From Eledone cirrhosa (taxonomy: Eukaryota): a stretch of DNA of 64,000 nucleotides. Below the pieces are notes generated by a model. It did no database searches and was not told the origin of the DNA. It saw only the letters and a list, made by a program, of their open reading frames with translations. Of this stretch, positions 12,258 to 25,691 are shown piece by piece. The stretch is from NCBI GenBank assembly GCA_964016885.1, contig OZ024744.1, positions 87,420,001-87,484,000 of the forward strand, in the 5' to 3' direction. The translations under genes and the position numbers were made by a program. The number at the start of each line of letters is the position of its first letter. The first letter of the stretch is position 1.

Positions 12258-14656
12258 GAGAATTTGAACAGGAACAAAACAGAGAGGCAGTACAACGAAT
12301 GTTTATTAATCTCACGCTCTGGAGAGTGGGGTGGTGGTGGGGAACGACGTTTCGGGCATAAGCCCTTCTTCAGGTGAAAAGTGTGTGGGAAGAGAGTTCA
12401 AAGGGTGTATAGGGGAGTGGTGGAGAGATATATAGCGAAAAGGGGTGGGAGGAAACGGTGCGAATGAAATTAAAAATAAAAGCATGATCAAAATAAAATA
12501 AAATTAAAATGGGGTAAAACAGGTGGTGGAAGGGTGTGGGGTGTGTAGGGGTGGTGGCGGGTGGAGTGGGGAGAGGGAGATGGGGTGTCCGAGCGGGGAG
12601 GGCTGAAGGTGGTGTGTGTGTGTAGGTGTACGTGTGTGTGTGTGTGTATGTGAAAGCAAGGGTTGAGGGAAGAACGGGGTTGCATGTTCAGGAAGAGGTG
12701 TGTGTTGGGTGGGGTGTAGGTCGGAGTGTGTGTGCGTGTGTGGATAGAGGGGTGGGGGGAGAGGAATCCGGAGGCTGAAGGTGTAAATATGTGGTGGAAA
12801 GCGCGTGTGTGTGGGGTTTAAGCGTGTTGTGGGTGTAGGTGGCGTGTGGGAAAAATAATTTTTTTGGGGGTGTGTGTGGGTGAGTTATAAAGGTGATTCC
12901 GTAAGAGGATGTGGTTGAAAGGTTGGTAAACAACTAGGATGGTAGTTGATTCCGCGGTCAAGCTCCACATACAAGTAATCCATGGAGATATGGTCGGAAG
13001 AGGAGAGATGTGGGGTGCGCGCGCAACAGGAAGTGGTCAAGGCGGTAGGAGTGCTGTGTGTCTGTGTGTGCTGGGAGGTGGTCAGAGGGCATAACAGCAG
13101 TCGGGTGGAATGGTAAAGGGGCGAGGATGGGTACGTGTGAAAGTTGGAGTGAGGAGGGTGTGTGTGTGTATTGGTAGAGGTGTTAGTGGGATGAGTGAGT
13201 GTGGAGAAAGGGTGTGGGTGGAGCGGGGAGAGAAGGGTGTGGAGGTCGATGGAGGGAGTGTGGTGTACTGGTGTGTGTAGTTTGATGTGTAGTGGGTGTT
13301 AGTATACGGGAGGTGGAGAAAGGGTTGAATGCAGGTGTGAGTGGGGGTTAGTGGTGGTAGGGTGTGTAGAGTTGGTGGTGTACGAGGGTGTGTGTGTACG
13401 TGTGCATGGGGTTGGGGGGTGTTAGTGATGTTAGTTGAGTGTGGGGTGGGTGGTGTAAGTGGGTGCACGTGTTCGTGTGCTTGGGGTCGGGGGGGGGGGG
13501 TAGTGATGTTAGTTGCGGCGTGGTGGGATGGATGTGTGGGGGTGAGGGTTAGTGGTGGTAGTAGGGTGTGTGTTTAGTGTGAGCGCGTGTATATATGTGC
13601 CGGTGGGTTTGTGCGTGTAATAAGGGGGGGAGAGAAGAAGAGAGGGATGTTAGTATGTTAGTTGGGGAAGGGTGGTCGGATGAGGGGTGGAGTGGAGGTG
13701 TTAGTATTGTTAGTTGTGGGGTGGGCGGTGAAAAGGAGGGGTGTGTTAGTGGTGTTAGTGGGGGATATGTGTGGGGGGAGGGAGGCGATCGAAGGCTAAA
13801 GGAATAAGGGTGGGGAGTTCAGGCCGGGGGAGTGTGGGTCTGTAAGATGAAGATGGTTCTTTGTTCAACTCTGAGGAGATTGGCGGGTGTTCCGTGACAT
13901 TGGAGTAGGCCACAGACTGTGAGATGGCGTGCGGAATGTCCAGGGGCACCAAAGTGGCGGGCGATGGGGGAACTGCCACCGAGACGAATATCCCGGAGGT
14001 GCTCAGTGAATCGGTCCACCAGGCGACGTCCCGTCTGTCCGACGGGGTAAGGTGGAGGGGTGGTAGGTGATGGGGAAGGGGAGACGGTGGGTGGGTGGGT
14101 GTGCGGTAGCGTGGGGTGAGGGTGGTGGAGCGGTGGACAGCACGGGCGCGGGTGAGAGCGGTGTGGACGAGAGGGGGGGGTAACCTCTGCGGATGAAATG
14201 GCTGACTAGGGAAAGGGCCTGGGACTCGAAGTCAGCATCTCGGCTACAGAGGCGGTGGATCCTGAGGAGTTGGGAGTAGGGAATAGAGTGTTTAGTGTGT
14301 GTGGGGTGGGAAGAGGTGAAGTCGAGGTAAGAGTGGGTGTCGGTGGGTTTGAAGAAGGCGGAGGTGACGTGGGAGTGGTGGGAGGGGTCGAAGGCGACGG
14401 AGATGTCTAAGAAGTGGACGTGGGTGGTGGAGATAGAGGTGGTGAAGTGGAGGGAGGGGTGGAAGGAGCAGAAGAAGGAGAGAAAGGAGTCGAGCTGTTC
14501 TCGGGTGAGGGTCGTGGCTCCGATACAGTCGTCGATGTAACGACGTACAGTTCGGGCGTGGGGCCGGTGTACTGGGCAAAGATTTGGGCCTCAACATGGC
14601 CAACAAAAAGGTTGGCATAGTTCCGGCCCATTCTTGTACCCATGGCTACCCCCGTG
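12253..14656 (-). mobile_element. Penelope-like element, Neptune-type, 5'-truncated and internally deleted
   Basis: GVAMGTRMG..YANLFVG, RYIDD, FLDISV, KPTDTHSYLDFTSSHP, SIPYSQLLRIHRLCS, then GQTGRRLVDRFTEHLRDI...ARHF...H. Long CA/C-rich 3' UTR. (TA)n at both ends. Confidence 0.9.
12343..12376 (-). ncRNA. Minimal type I hammerhead in the PLE 3' end
   Basis: Minus strand ac-CTGAAGA-a-GGGC-ttat-GCCC-GAAAC-GTC-gt, a classic PLE minimal HHR. AATAAA lies ~35 nt downstream. Confidence 0.85.
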
Positions 14657-14989
14657 ATATATATATATGCGCGTGAAATCGGTGCTGTGAGAATGGTAAC
14701 ATAGTAGTAGTAATTGGTGACCAGCTTTAGGTCTTGACAGGTTACGCATGAATGATTCCAGCCAATGGCTGGATATAAGTGGTCCGAAGAATGGTGGAGA
14801 CGACGAGACTACTGAACCAATGAAAAGGCCGAAATAACAGCATGCTATTATATACTAAAAATAGAACAGTTGGGATGTTTGAACACACAAGTCATATCTG
14901 AACCTTCGAATACAGAGTCGGGTTCGATCAGTCACTGTGCACAACAAACTCAATGACCTGATATTAGTTGGGCTCTATAGGCCACCCCA

Positions 14990-17900
14990 AACACCAATAA
15001 TACGCTTCAAAGTATGCTTCAACAGCCGTAAGTGCTTTATTCAACAGTGCCATTCGAGTACTTTTGATGGAAGACTTTAATATACCCTGTGTTAAATGGT
15101 CTACAAACAGTTTAAAACTAGGCACTCCCACCTCAACCACTGACAAAGAAGCAGTCGAGTCACTTCTCGACTTTATGATTGAGTTTTTCTTGTCCCAACT
15201 TCTCCTTGCACCAACAAGGTATCAGAATAACATTTTGGACCTAATGTTTAGTAATCACACTAATACTATACATAACATTACAGTGGAAAAAACCCTACTT
15301 TTAGACCATGACATGTTTCTTTGTAAGAAAGCTAATCCTAGTGTCGTCTCTCGAGCCCACCCATTTGATAACATGGATCTCTAAACAATTTAATTTTATA
15401 ATACTATAATTTTACAATTTGGTTTAAGTGGTCTAAGTAAACAGGAAAGAACAGCCGAACTCCCACTTTCATCGTCTCCATCTCTCTTGCCATTCCCATC
15501 TCTCCGTATGGTGAGCAAATGGGGTCCCACGGACAGAATGGAGAAGGCCTTTCCCCGGAGGACGACAAGGAAGACTCGCTGGAAGAGCCATTCCAACTCG
15601 CGAGGGTCACACCATGGACACCAAAAGTCTCTACTGCCAAGGGCACGACCGCAAACCTGTCGGAGAGCGACCGGAATTTGAGGAGTTTGGCCTCCTCAGC
15701 CCGACGTGCAGCAAAACCTGGGTTAGTCGCAGACTGCACCAGGTTGCGGCTGGAGAAAGTGTCGCTGCAAGTGGCATCCCAGACGAGGCGTTTGCCACCG
15801 CGGACGGGAAGATAGTAATGCAGCCATGCCGTCTGGCCTTTTGCCGTCTTTTATCCAGCTGCGTGCCAGTGGAGAAGGAGGGCAAGGCATGGAGCCAGGG
15901 ACCGCTGTCGGGTTTGGATGCCGCATGAAAACGGGCATGGCGGTGTTGGTCGAGCTGGCGCGTGAGCCTGTCTGAGGCCAGGATGCACTGGATAGCATCC
16001 CAAATGTTTTGGGTGGACTTGTAAGCAGAGATAGAAGGTTTTACAAAGGGCAAAGAGGAGGGGGAACAAAGGGTCGCCCTGTTGGACCCCAGTGGCCGAA
16101 GGTATATGACTGTATCAGCAGCAAGGAGCATGCTCGGGGCTCCATGTGACAGATAGGCCAGCGGGTAGGCAGAAGGGCCTCGGCTGAGACAGGCATCGAG
16201 CAGATGGTCCCGGCGTATGCAGTTAAATGCATTCCTCATATCAAGCTAGATAATGAGGTGCCCGGAGTCCTTGGATGCCGCTTCCGGTGGATAGCTGTTG
16301 AAGAACTATTTGGTTACATGTGCGGCCCCCTAACAGCTACCGGATACGCCGACACCCAGTTGCACCGAACTGAACTCCTCACCCAGTTCAGGTATTATGG
16401 ACCTGCAGACCATCTTAGCAGCCAGCCACTGGAAGACATTGCCCACAGCAATGGGGCGTATGCCAGTCTTTTTCTTCCTGAGAGCGGTCAGGCTAGCCGA
16501 AAAAAAGAGGCCTCGGGCGTGAGGGTCCAGAGCGCCATGGATAAGCCTATTGGTGAGTGCCATAATTGCACTCAGAAGGTGGCTCCCAGCCACAGCGGAG
16601 GGAGGGGGTGGGGGGATAGTAACTCCTTGAGGTGGCCAGGTCGGAGACCATCAGCACCTCCGTTGCTGCTAGCTGGGAAGCACTTGATGGAAAACATGAT
16701 GTCTATGTCGTAAGCCACAAGGAGCAAGTGGGGATAGGGTGGGGGTATGGGTCTAGGTCAGCAGGTGGCTCAAGGTTCTTGAGTCGCCGGGCAGCCAGGA
16801 CCTCCTTGGTAGGTTGGAGGACAGTATGCTCTGAGGCAACCACTCTGACTGCGACCGAGATATCACTCATGATTAGTTTAGCGTTTACGTGATCAGTGGT
16901 GGAGGACTGGGGACACCCGGGAGCGGGGTGTGTGGCAACCTTCTGCACGCTTGGAATGGGTCTCTATAATGCCAACTGGGATGCAATCATGAACGAGCTA
17001 TCATATGTTGACTGGTCTTTTACACACGCACTCATTTCCACCAACATCAAAACATCTTCACAGATCTTTGTAGACGTTGTCACAAATATATATGCAATAT
17101 ATATGAAAAACACACCCCACGATGACCTGTAAAAAAAACTAAGTCCCACAAAACATAAAAACTATTATCAGAAATATATAAAGTACAAACAAAAAAATTA
17201 ACACATTAAAATACTGCTAACAGCAACACACACATTCGATGGCTATTACTCTGCTTGAATCAAATACATAGAACCTCCAGCAATGAGAAAATCAAACTGA
17301 AACTCAAAGTGTTCTTTTCATTTGCGAAAATACATGAGGTCACTGTCTCCACTGTTGGCCCCCTAATTGAAGAGAATTGCACACTCGAAGATAATGCCAA
17401 AACCATGGACGAGATACTGTAGAAACAATACTGCTCTGCTTTCAGCAATCCTGATATGGCCGATCTGGGCTATATCAGTGATGTTAATCCCCAACACCCT
17501 ATATCGGACATAACGTTTGACGCCCCTGATGTCTTAGCGGCAATGAACGAAATTAAACACAATTCAGCAGTAGGCCCCGATTGGTTCCTGCTGGTGTGCT
17601 GAAGGTGTGTCGACACCAACTTGCATCTCCTCTTGCTAATCTGTGGAGGAACTCACTGAAAACTGGCGATATTCCTGAAATATTTCTGTCCCAGTCCGTT
17701 GTCCCAGTTTTCAAAAAGGGAAACAAGTCCCTTGCAGTGAACTACCGTCTGATCTCACTCACCACTCATATCATCAAGGTATTTGAGAGGGTGGTAAGAT
17801 CACGAATAACCCACTTTCTTGAAAGCAACGGACTGATGAATTCCAGCAAACATGGGTTCCGTAATGGAAGGGACTGCCTAACGCAGCTCCTGCATCACCT

Positions 17901-19153
17901 AGATAATGTTTTGAAAGCTTTGGGAGAGGGCTCCAACACTGATGTCATCTACCTTGATTTCAGCGAGGCCTTTGACAGGGTTGATCATAAGATTTCTATT
18001 GAAAAACCATCCAATACTGGTGTCTCTGGAAATTTACTACAGTGGATCAAGTGTTTCCTGACACACAGAGACTAATGTGTTGTGGTCGAAGGAGTAAAAT
18101 CAAGCACAACCAAAGTCAGCAGTGGTATCCCTCAAGGCACTGTGTTGGGCCCATCATCTACATTAATGACATTACTGACAACATCAAGCACAGCAACATA
18201 AGAATCTTCGCATATGATTCCAAGCTCCAGAGGGTCATCAATAAGGTGGGTGACCGGACTTGCCTTCAGTTAGACCTACTGGCTGTTATCCAATGGGCGG
18301 AAAAGAACAATATGTTGCTGAATGAGGATAAGTTCGAGTTAATCCACTTTGGAAAACAGGATGGCCTGAAACTCCTATACTCTGTTCCTTCAGGTGAATC
18401 TCTCGTGGCATCCAACAACATCAGAGATTTGGGAGTAATTGTGGACAACAATTATAAACATATAAATAGCAAAGTTGACATGGCCCGCAGAATGTCTTCC
18501 TGGATTCTCAGAACCTTCCAGTCGCGAGATATCCATACTGTTATCCTTCTCTTCTCCACTTTTGCCGAGCCCACCCTGAATACCGTTGTCCACTGTAGTC
18601 TCCCCACACGAAACAAAGTATCATGAAAGTTGAAGCACCTCAAAGGTCAATTACAAAAACGATAGATATCATGTCAGACCTTGACTATTGGAGTCGATTA
18701 GAAAAGCTCAACCTTTATTCTCTCCAACGTCGCCGTGAGCGCTACATTATCTGCATGATGTGGAAAAATATTCCATCAGCTTTGCCCAAGTGATGTTGGC
18801 ATCACCTTTAGACCCTGTGCTATCCGCTCACGGCAAAAATCTCACTTGAATCTCATAACAACAATACGGAACACTTATTTCATCTCAATTGGCCCCGCTC
18901 TCTTTAACATTACACCAAAACACATTAAAACGGAAACAGACCCCATAAAGTTCAAGAAGTCTTTGGACAAATTTCTTGAAGAAATCCCGGATTAACCTCC
19001 TACATCCGGATATGCCTCCGTAAACAATAACTCTCTACATGACTGGGCGATGGTGCCCAAATCCTAATTTGAAAGACTCCGCCAGGTGGTGCTATTAAGT
19101 TAGATGTGGCCTGGGCCAATACTGGCCGAAATCTATCAAAGTTATCAAAGTTA
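14990..19153 (+). mobile_element. CR1-group (CR1/L2-like) LINE, decayed, interrupted by a CRE-like insertion
   Basis: APE motifs EDFNIP, PTRYQNNILDLMF. RT motifs PVFKKG..NYRLISLT, HGFRNGRDC, VIYLDFSEAFDRVDH, SGIPQGTVLGP, FAYDSK. Ends with (ATCAAAGTT)2. Confidence 0.9.
15384..16955 (-). mobile_element. CRE-like (RLE) non-LTR retrotransposon fragment with ~11-bp TSD
   Basis: GIRPIAVGNVF, QLGVGVSG, DMRNAFNCIRR, GPWLHALP, GKRPDG, PLAVETFG. Flanked by ATGGATCTCTA (15373-15383) and ATGGGTCTCTA (16956-16966). Confidence 0.85.
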
Positions 19154-19167
19154 TATATATATATATA

Positions 19168-19300
19168 GTGAAAGATTGAAGAATAACATGGTTGGCTTGA
19201 CAATAAGGATTTTATTTCAAATATTAACACTTGTTTCATTGATCACGTGAGTCTATAGGCCGCTAATTGGATTACCTATAACGATAACTTGTTATCCTAT
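19168..19300. mobile_element. Head-to-head pair of family X 3' fragments
   Basis: Left part matches ~45590-45660 and stops just past GAAAC-AAGT-GTT. Right part is the reverse complement of the family terminus ggataacaa..tcgttataggtaatcc. Confidence 0.6.
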
Positions 19301-19442
19301 ATATATAAATATATATACATATAGGACTCTGACGGCTGAGCTCTGCCGTTTCAACATGTATATATGTAAGTATGTATGTATATACTCACAAACACACACA
19401 CATACACACACATATATATATATACATATATATATATAAATA

Positions 19443-19554
<112 letters not shown>

Positions 19555-19561
19555 TATATAT

Positions 19562-20012
19562 AAATGGAACAGAATGAAATGAAATGAAATTTCTTACTCT
19601 TAGTACGGCTGATACTTAAATATAAGTTTGCATACGTACATACATATATGTATACTGACGTACAGTAGTATGTATATATATACATACATGCACACATATA
19701 TATATATATGTACGTATGGGTTTACCGAATTTTTATTATAATGTTCGGTTTGTTTGTAAACAAACAGCCCTAATTAAGACGGACAGTGTTCGGCAACCAT
19801 CGTTGCCCTTTTTTGTTCAACACTGACAAAGGAACGATGAACTAGTTTCAAGCGTATTAGCTATCGTCAGCACAGTATACCTTCCTGTCAGGTGATTGAA
19901 GGTTTGAAAGTATATACTTATACATATTAAGGGCTGAGCAGCCTAATTTGCATATCGAGTGAGTTAGTCGGCCGGGCGTACCGAAAACGATAAATAGAAA
20001 AGAATGAAAGCA
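19562..20012 (-). mobile_element. ~420-nt non-coding HHR unit (family A, retrozyme-like), one full unit
   Basis: Colinear with copies at 25860, 39353, 44537 and 44980. (TA)n at both ends. No credible ORF. Confidence 0.85.
19834..19876 (-). ncRNA. Minimal type I hammerhead (family A)
   Basis: actgtg-CTGACGA-tagct-aata-cgct-t-GAAA-ctag-TT-catcgt. Mismatches in stems I and II. Confidence 0.7.
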
Positions 20013-20132
20013 AATTATATATATATATTATAGTTGAAACAGACAACAAAAAAACAAAAACGAAGGGAAAGTGCAGTACAAAGTGTTAATATTAGGTTCG
20101 TTCACGCTTGAGAGTGGAGGTGTGGGGGGGGG

Positions 20133-20199
<67 letters not shown>

Positions 20200-21004
20200 G
20201 ATAATAATAATAAGTATGAATGGAAGTTGTAGCTGCAATATAGCGTATACCAATCGAATTGTTTGAGGCAGTCACAAAGCACTGTAATACATTTTCCGTC
20301 CAGAGTGAACACCAAGTTAAGAAACAGTGACACCAAGAAGAGTCACTAAATGTATATATCCACACTTATTCCACAGCCAGGATAAATAAAAACAGGTCGA
20401 ATACTAACCTGGGCCGTCTCGAATAGAAAAGAATCAATAGAAATCGATAAAAGTCTTCGATAGCTTTCTAGGACTCAAATTTATTTATGTATATATACAC
20501 ACACAAATAAGTTAATCGTTTGGGTCTTTAAAAATATCATTCGCACTTGCACACTTACATTCCTTTCCAGATTATTAAATCTGCTAGACATCAAATCGAT
20601 ATCTTTTCTCAAGCTTCATTCCTGCATACACGCATTCAAACCATCTCACAAATTCCAATTCATCTAAACACATCGCCCAAATGCTATCTTTTATACTTTT
20701 AACTACATTCTGTTATTTACACCCTTCGCGTATTCCGGTTGTGTTATGTTATACCACATGATTTCATTGTATTCCATAACAAAAGTAGAAACCATTTTTG
20801 TTTCCTTGTTGCTAAGTGTCATAGCCTTTCGCATCATTCAAGACACAACATCGAAAATCTCTGCTAAATATACCAACATTGCTGCTAAACATTTACCTAC
20901 ATACATACACACACACATTATACCTACCTAGCTACATAGATACATACTTATGTACCCCCCCCCCCCACACACACACACATACGTACAAACATTCATACAT
21001 ACAT

Positions 21005-21330
21005 TAAGCAGACCTAGCATAGTGATTAGTGATATGGGACAGATAAAAGAAGGCAAGCAGTGTAGTGGAAATCAGCTGCCCAGCAGATGTCAATATAATG
21101 CTAAAGATTTGCGATAATGAGAACATTTATGCTGAGCTAATGAGGAATCTGCAGAAACTCCACACTGACTATGCTTTTAGATTTGTACTCTGGGATATAT
21201 TATTAACTGCTTCAATACAAACATTGAAAAGCTAGGCTTCATAGAACCAGATTGTGTACTATAAAAATAGAACTTTAAAAATATGTAAAACATTTCAGAA
21301 ATTGAGCATGTAATAACTGTACATACACAT
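21005..21330 (+). mobile_element. R4/Dong-like LINE 3' fragment
   Basis: VVEISCPADVNI...ENIYAELMRNL, homologous to 32308-32508. Confidence 0.75.
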
Positions 21331-21899
21331 GTATAGATACAAAATCTTATGTACATGTACACATCTAACTCAATACATACCTATCCACATATTCAATAAC
21401 GGCCAGACCTGCACACACACACACACACACACGCAGACACACACGCGCGCGCGCGCGCTCTCACACACACACACACCCATACACACACACATACGTACTT
21501 ACCAAGTTAATGTCGAAATTGCACCAATATTAGAGTGATCTCTTTGTAAATCCTCCCCGGTTAAGTATACGCTAAGTGTATAGCAAACGATGTAGGAATA
21601 TTGTAGACTCTAGGCTAGCTGTCGAACAGTGTAGTTTTCGACCCGGATATAGCATAGCCAAATAAATAATCACACTGTACTTGATCTTTGAGAAATCCTT
21701 ATACGAATACCCTGGTACACGTCCTCACAAAAAAGCCTGTGCGTTGAGTTTCATTGAAGTAGGTAGATAAATTCAGGTTCACAAGTGATAGAATGCAGGG
21801 GCTGAATTAAGTGCAAGAATTGCAGGAGCATGTGCAGTAATGCACCACCTTTAGCACCCCGTCATCAGAATAAAGGATTAAGGTGTTAATTGGGTATTC

Positions 21900-22461
21900 G
21901 TGTCAACCCTTACATATGGTCATGAATTTTGTGTAATGACGGAGAGAATACGATGGTAAACACAAGTGCTCTAAATGGGGGTCGCGGTAGGGTTTCTGGA
22001 ATAACGTTACTCGATAGAGTGTGTAGCTCAGAGACCAGGTAGGCGCGCGAGATAGAGCTGCTTCTTCCCCGAATCGACATGTGGTCCCAGAATGTCCCAG
22101 AAAAGTATCGCTGGACAGATTATTCAGGGTAAAATCAACCGGCAGGAGACTAAGAGATAGACCCCCGAACAAGTTGGTTGGATAACATCACTGAGCTTGG
22201 CTGGTGTCGCTTGTGGATACAACCCGATCAGGTGGAGGCGGTCGATTTTATCAGGACCTGATATAAGGTGTGCATCAAGACTCTGCACTCACGACCCTCT
22301 CAGGATTACAAGATGAATTTAAATGGTCGGAGAAGAAGAAGAAGAAGAAGAAGAAGAAGAAGAAGAAGAAGAAGAAGAAGAAGAAGAAGAAGAAGAAGAA
22401 GAAGAAGAAGAAGAAGAAGAAGAAGAAGAAGAAGAAGAAGAAGAAGAAGAAGAAGAAGAAG
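21900..22461 (+). mobile_element. RTE-like LINE 3' fragment with (GAA)n tail
   Basis: Decayed C-terminal motifs (TLLDRV, WLDNI), homologous to the reverse complement of 23915-24350. (GAA)n at 22331-22461. Confidence 0.65.
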
Positions 22462-22572
22462 ATAATAAACACTTACACACATACATACGTATAATCATAA
22501 ATTCATACATACATACATATAATCATCAATGCATTCATACATATAGTCATACATACATACATACATCATACA

Positions 22573-23133
22573 TGGTGGCTGCCAACTCGTTTTCGAAGTC
22601 CAGAGAGATCTCCAGATACAAAGCAATGCCTGTGCCGTGAAGCTTTTATAGTGAGCAAAGACACTGCACAAAGCCAGTCCCACTCTCTTAACCATACATA
22701 CATACATACATACATACATACATGGTGGCTGCCAACTCGTTTTCGAGTACGGCCACTACTTTATATCCATGTAGAAAAACCCCTACTGATGCGCTGAACG
22801 AGTGTGACTTTTTAGTCCAGCCAGCGACTTCATAACACTGGTACAAATGCTACACTTGCGACAATTATTGACACATAATGCTGGGCCCATGGTACCATGT
22901 GACGACAAGTGCAGAGAGATCTCCAGATATAAAGCAATGCCTGTGCCGTGAAGCTTTTATAGTGAGCAAAGGCACTGCACAAAGCCAGTCCTACTCTCTT
23001 AACCAAGATGATATTTACCAAAAAGAAGAACAAGTCAACATCAGTGGATACCATCAGGGTTGCAGGTGTTATATCAGAGTTTTCCTTCTCCTAGAATTCT
23101 GCCTTGACAAAGGCTAAGGGGTCATCTCTCCCG
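22573..23133 (-). mobile_element. Family R element: internally deleted short copy plus 5'-truncated copy in (CATA)n
   Basis: Reverse complement of the 3' part of 30806-31386. Confidence 0.8.
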
Positions 23134-23399
23134 TACATACATACATACATACATACATACATACATACATACATACATACATACATACATACATACATAC
23201 ATTTCTTACTGCACCCTCAGTTCAATTTATTCATTTAATATCATACGCCACCAGAAAAGATATAATGGTGTAAGAACATTTCTTTAATCGTGTTTTAGAA
23301 GTATATTGATCAGTGTTCAATCGAAACTCCTGTAAAATAATACATTCATTTTGATATATCAAACTGATTATTATAACATTTTAGTAGCATCCCGAGAGA

Positions 23400-23760
23400 G
23401 TCGGACACCTGCTTCGCAGCATAGAGTTATTCCCTTTATTTTCAGAGTTCAAATCCCGCCGAAGTTAGCTTTGCTTTTTATCATTACGCACCCGATAAAA
23501 TAAAGCACCAGTAATGTACTGGGGTAATTTTAATCGACCCCACTCCCCTGCCTAAAAAAATAATTGTTGGCCTTGTGTCTAAATCAGAAAACTTCATATT
23601 ATTAAGTATAGTCATTAGGCAGAAAATTGGGGGAATTACAATGCCTCTGTATTTATACTGGTTTCCTACTCTCTAAATTAAAATTCCGTTGATTTCAGCA
23701 TAGCATTTCATCATTTCGAGGTCGATAAATAAAGTACCAATATATTGCTGGCGCCATTTC
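23400..23760 (+). mobile_element. Two diverged OR2-like SINE remnants
   Basis: gagttcaaatcccgccgaagttagctttgc and tttcatcatttcgaggtcgataaataaagtacc blocks. Confidence 0.65.
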
Positions 23761-23914
23761 ATTCTCCCTTTTTGAAAGAAATCAGCTGTGTTCAGATTTG
23801 AAAGCGATGATATCTACAAGCTTTAGCATGTCATATGGGTACTGCTTTGTTAACACCTGAAGTTAAGATAGCTTTACCTTTAACTTTTCTTGTAGTGTAA
23901 TGGAAACTTTGCGT

Positions 23915-24350
23915 TTTTCTTCTTCTTCATTCGCTTACTCCTTCCAGAGGGTCCTGTCAGAAGCAACCGTCTCCAACTAAACCGGCTGGATCCACAAGCG
24001 ACACCAGCCAAGCATATGGATGTTATCCAACCATCTTGCTCGGAGGTCTACCCTTTGATTTCTTGCCAGTTGGGTTTGCCTGTAAAATCTGTCCAACGAT
24101 TCTTTCCTGAAACATTCTAACCACATGCCCATAGTATCGGAGCTGTGATCTTTCAATTCTGAGAAGTAGCAGCTCTACATTGAGTGACTCTCTAATCTCC
24201 GATTTTTTCGAGTAACGTTACTCCAAAACCCTTCGGAGGAATTCCATTTCAGCCGCTTATATTGGCAATCGTATTCTTTCGGTCGTTACCCAAGATTCAT
24301 GACCATAGGTAAGGGTTGGCACGAAAACCGATTTGAAGATGGAGAGTTTG
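23915..24350 (-). mobile_element. RTE-like LINE 3' fragment
   Basis: Minus strand TYGHESWV...AAEMEFLRR...QLRYYGHVVRM...WLDNI, with a short (GAA) tail. Confidence 0.75.
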
Positions 24351-24684
24351 TAAGTTAAGAGAGAAGGCTAGATAAAACTATCAGCAGACGCGGCTCTACT
24401 GGAGCTTACACTCTGCTCTACATCGTACCTAAATTAATGCAAAAGAGATAAAAAAAGAAATATTCTTCTTGAATTCTGATTTGAAATCGATACCTTGTAA
24501 TCTAGTCGATTTAGCAGCTGCATTCTAGCGTTCTTTGAAACAGGAAAAAAATTAGGAACACTAGAAATTATTAACCGTATTGATTCAAATATCTATTCGT
24601 ATATATGTGTGTGGATGTGTATATATATATGCTTGTGTGTCTGAGTTTGTGTGAAACTATGCATACATGCATATGTATAGTGAA

Positions 24685-24800
24685 AGTACGAGGTTTAATG
24701 GTTAAGGTGTTTGGTTCACGATCGTAAGGCTGTGAGATCTAAGACAGTGGGGAGTTGTTTACTTGAGGAAGACACTTTACTTCACATTGCTCCAGTTACT
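24685..24800 (+). mobile_element. tRNA-derived SINE remnant (OR1-like)
   Basis: tggttaaggtgt..cacgatcgtaagg...acactttacttcacattgctccagt, shared with copies at 35010, 50290 and 54147. Confidence 0.65.
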
Positions 24801-24872
24801 GTGTGGTGTGTGTGTGTGTGTGTGGCATATGCGTGTGAGTGGCGTATGTGGTGTGGTGTGATTTCTGTGCGT

Positions 24873-25303
24873 GTGTGTATTTGTATATCTAATGATATAC
24901 GGTATGTCTACGAATAAACATTTGAAATCTTCTAGCTATGAATTTTGGAAGCTGATATCTAGAGCCATCAGGCGGATTCCAGCAAAAGCAGGGGTGAGTA
25001 ATCTGTTGAAGGTGACCGTTATCAAGACCATGCTCCCGCCTCCGCTTCCTGCTGGAATTCAATATAGTGGAAAACATATTTTGACGCCTAGGTACGTAGG
25101 CTGATTAACCTCATTTGCATATGGAGCTGTCGCGGGGCCGACACCTTACTTCTATTTTCTGGCCGAGCTAATCAGCCTCAACTGATTGCTTCTGCTGGAA
25201 CCCGCTTGATTGCTCTAGTCATCAGCTTCCAAAATTTATAGCTAAAGGCTTTGAAATGTTTATTCGTAAACATAATGTATATCGCTAGATATACAAATAC
25301 ACA
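24873..25303. mobile_element. Foldback element with ~118-bp inverted arms and a degenerate hammerhead-like motif
   Basis: Arms ~24873-24990 and ~25185-25303. The right arm has GAA-ATGTTTA-TTCG-TAAACAT-A. Internal hairpin 25099-25178 contains ATTTGCAT. Confidence 0.7.
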
Positions 25304-25343
25304 TACTTATATGCATACAGCTATGTCGTAGCGAACATTTCAT

Positions 25344-25427
<84 letters not shown>

Positions 25428-25512
25428 AAAAGGTAAACAGAAATAACAACATAATCGGTACAGTATAAGGAAGGGATATATTAGGTTAACGTTTGAGATA
25501 GCAGGAAGAGGG

Positions 25513-25548
25513 TCTTAACCTTTCGGACGCTAGTCCTTCATCAGAAGA
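25513..25548 (-). ncRNA. Minimal type I hammerhead (family B)
   Basis: tctt-CTGATGA-a-GGAC-tagc-GTCC-GAAA-ggTT-aaga. Confidence 0.8.
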
Positions 25549-25691
25549 AAGAATGAGAAATAAGATAGATTGAGGGGACGGGTCTTCTCATACGTCTATT
25601 TTTCGCTCCCACCGTAGTACCTACAATATGCCCAATCTCAAATCTGTTCTCAACCCGCACGTCCCCTGAATCTATCTTATTTCTCATTCTT

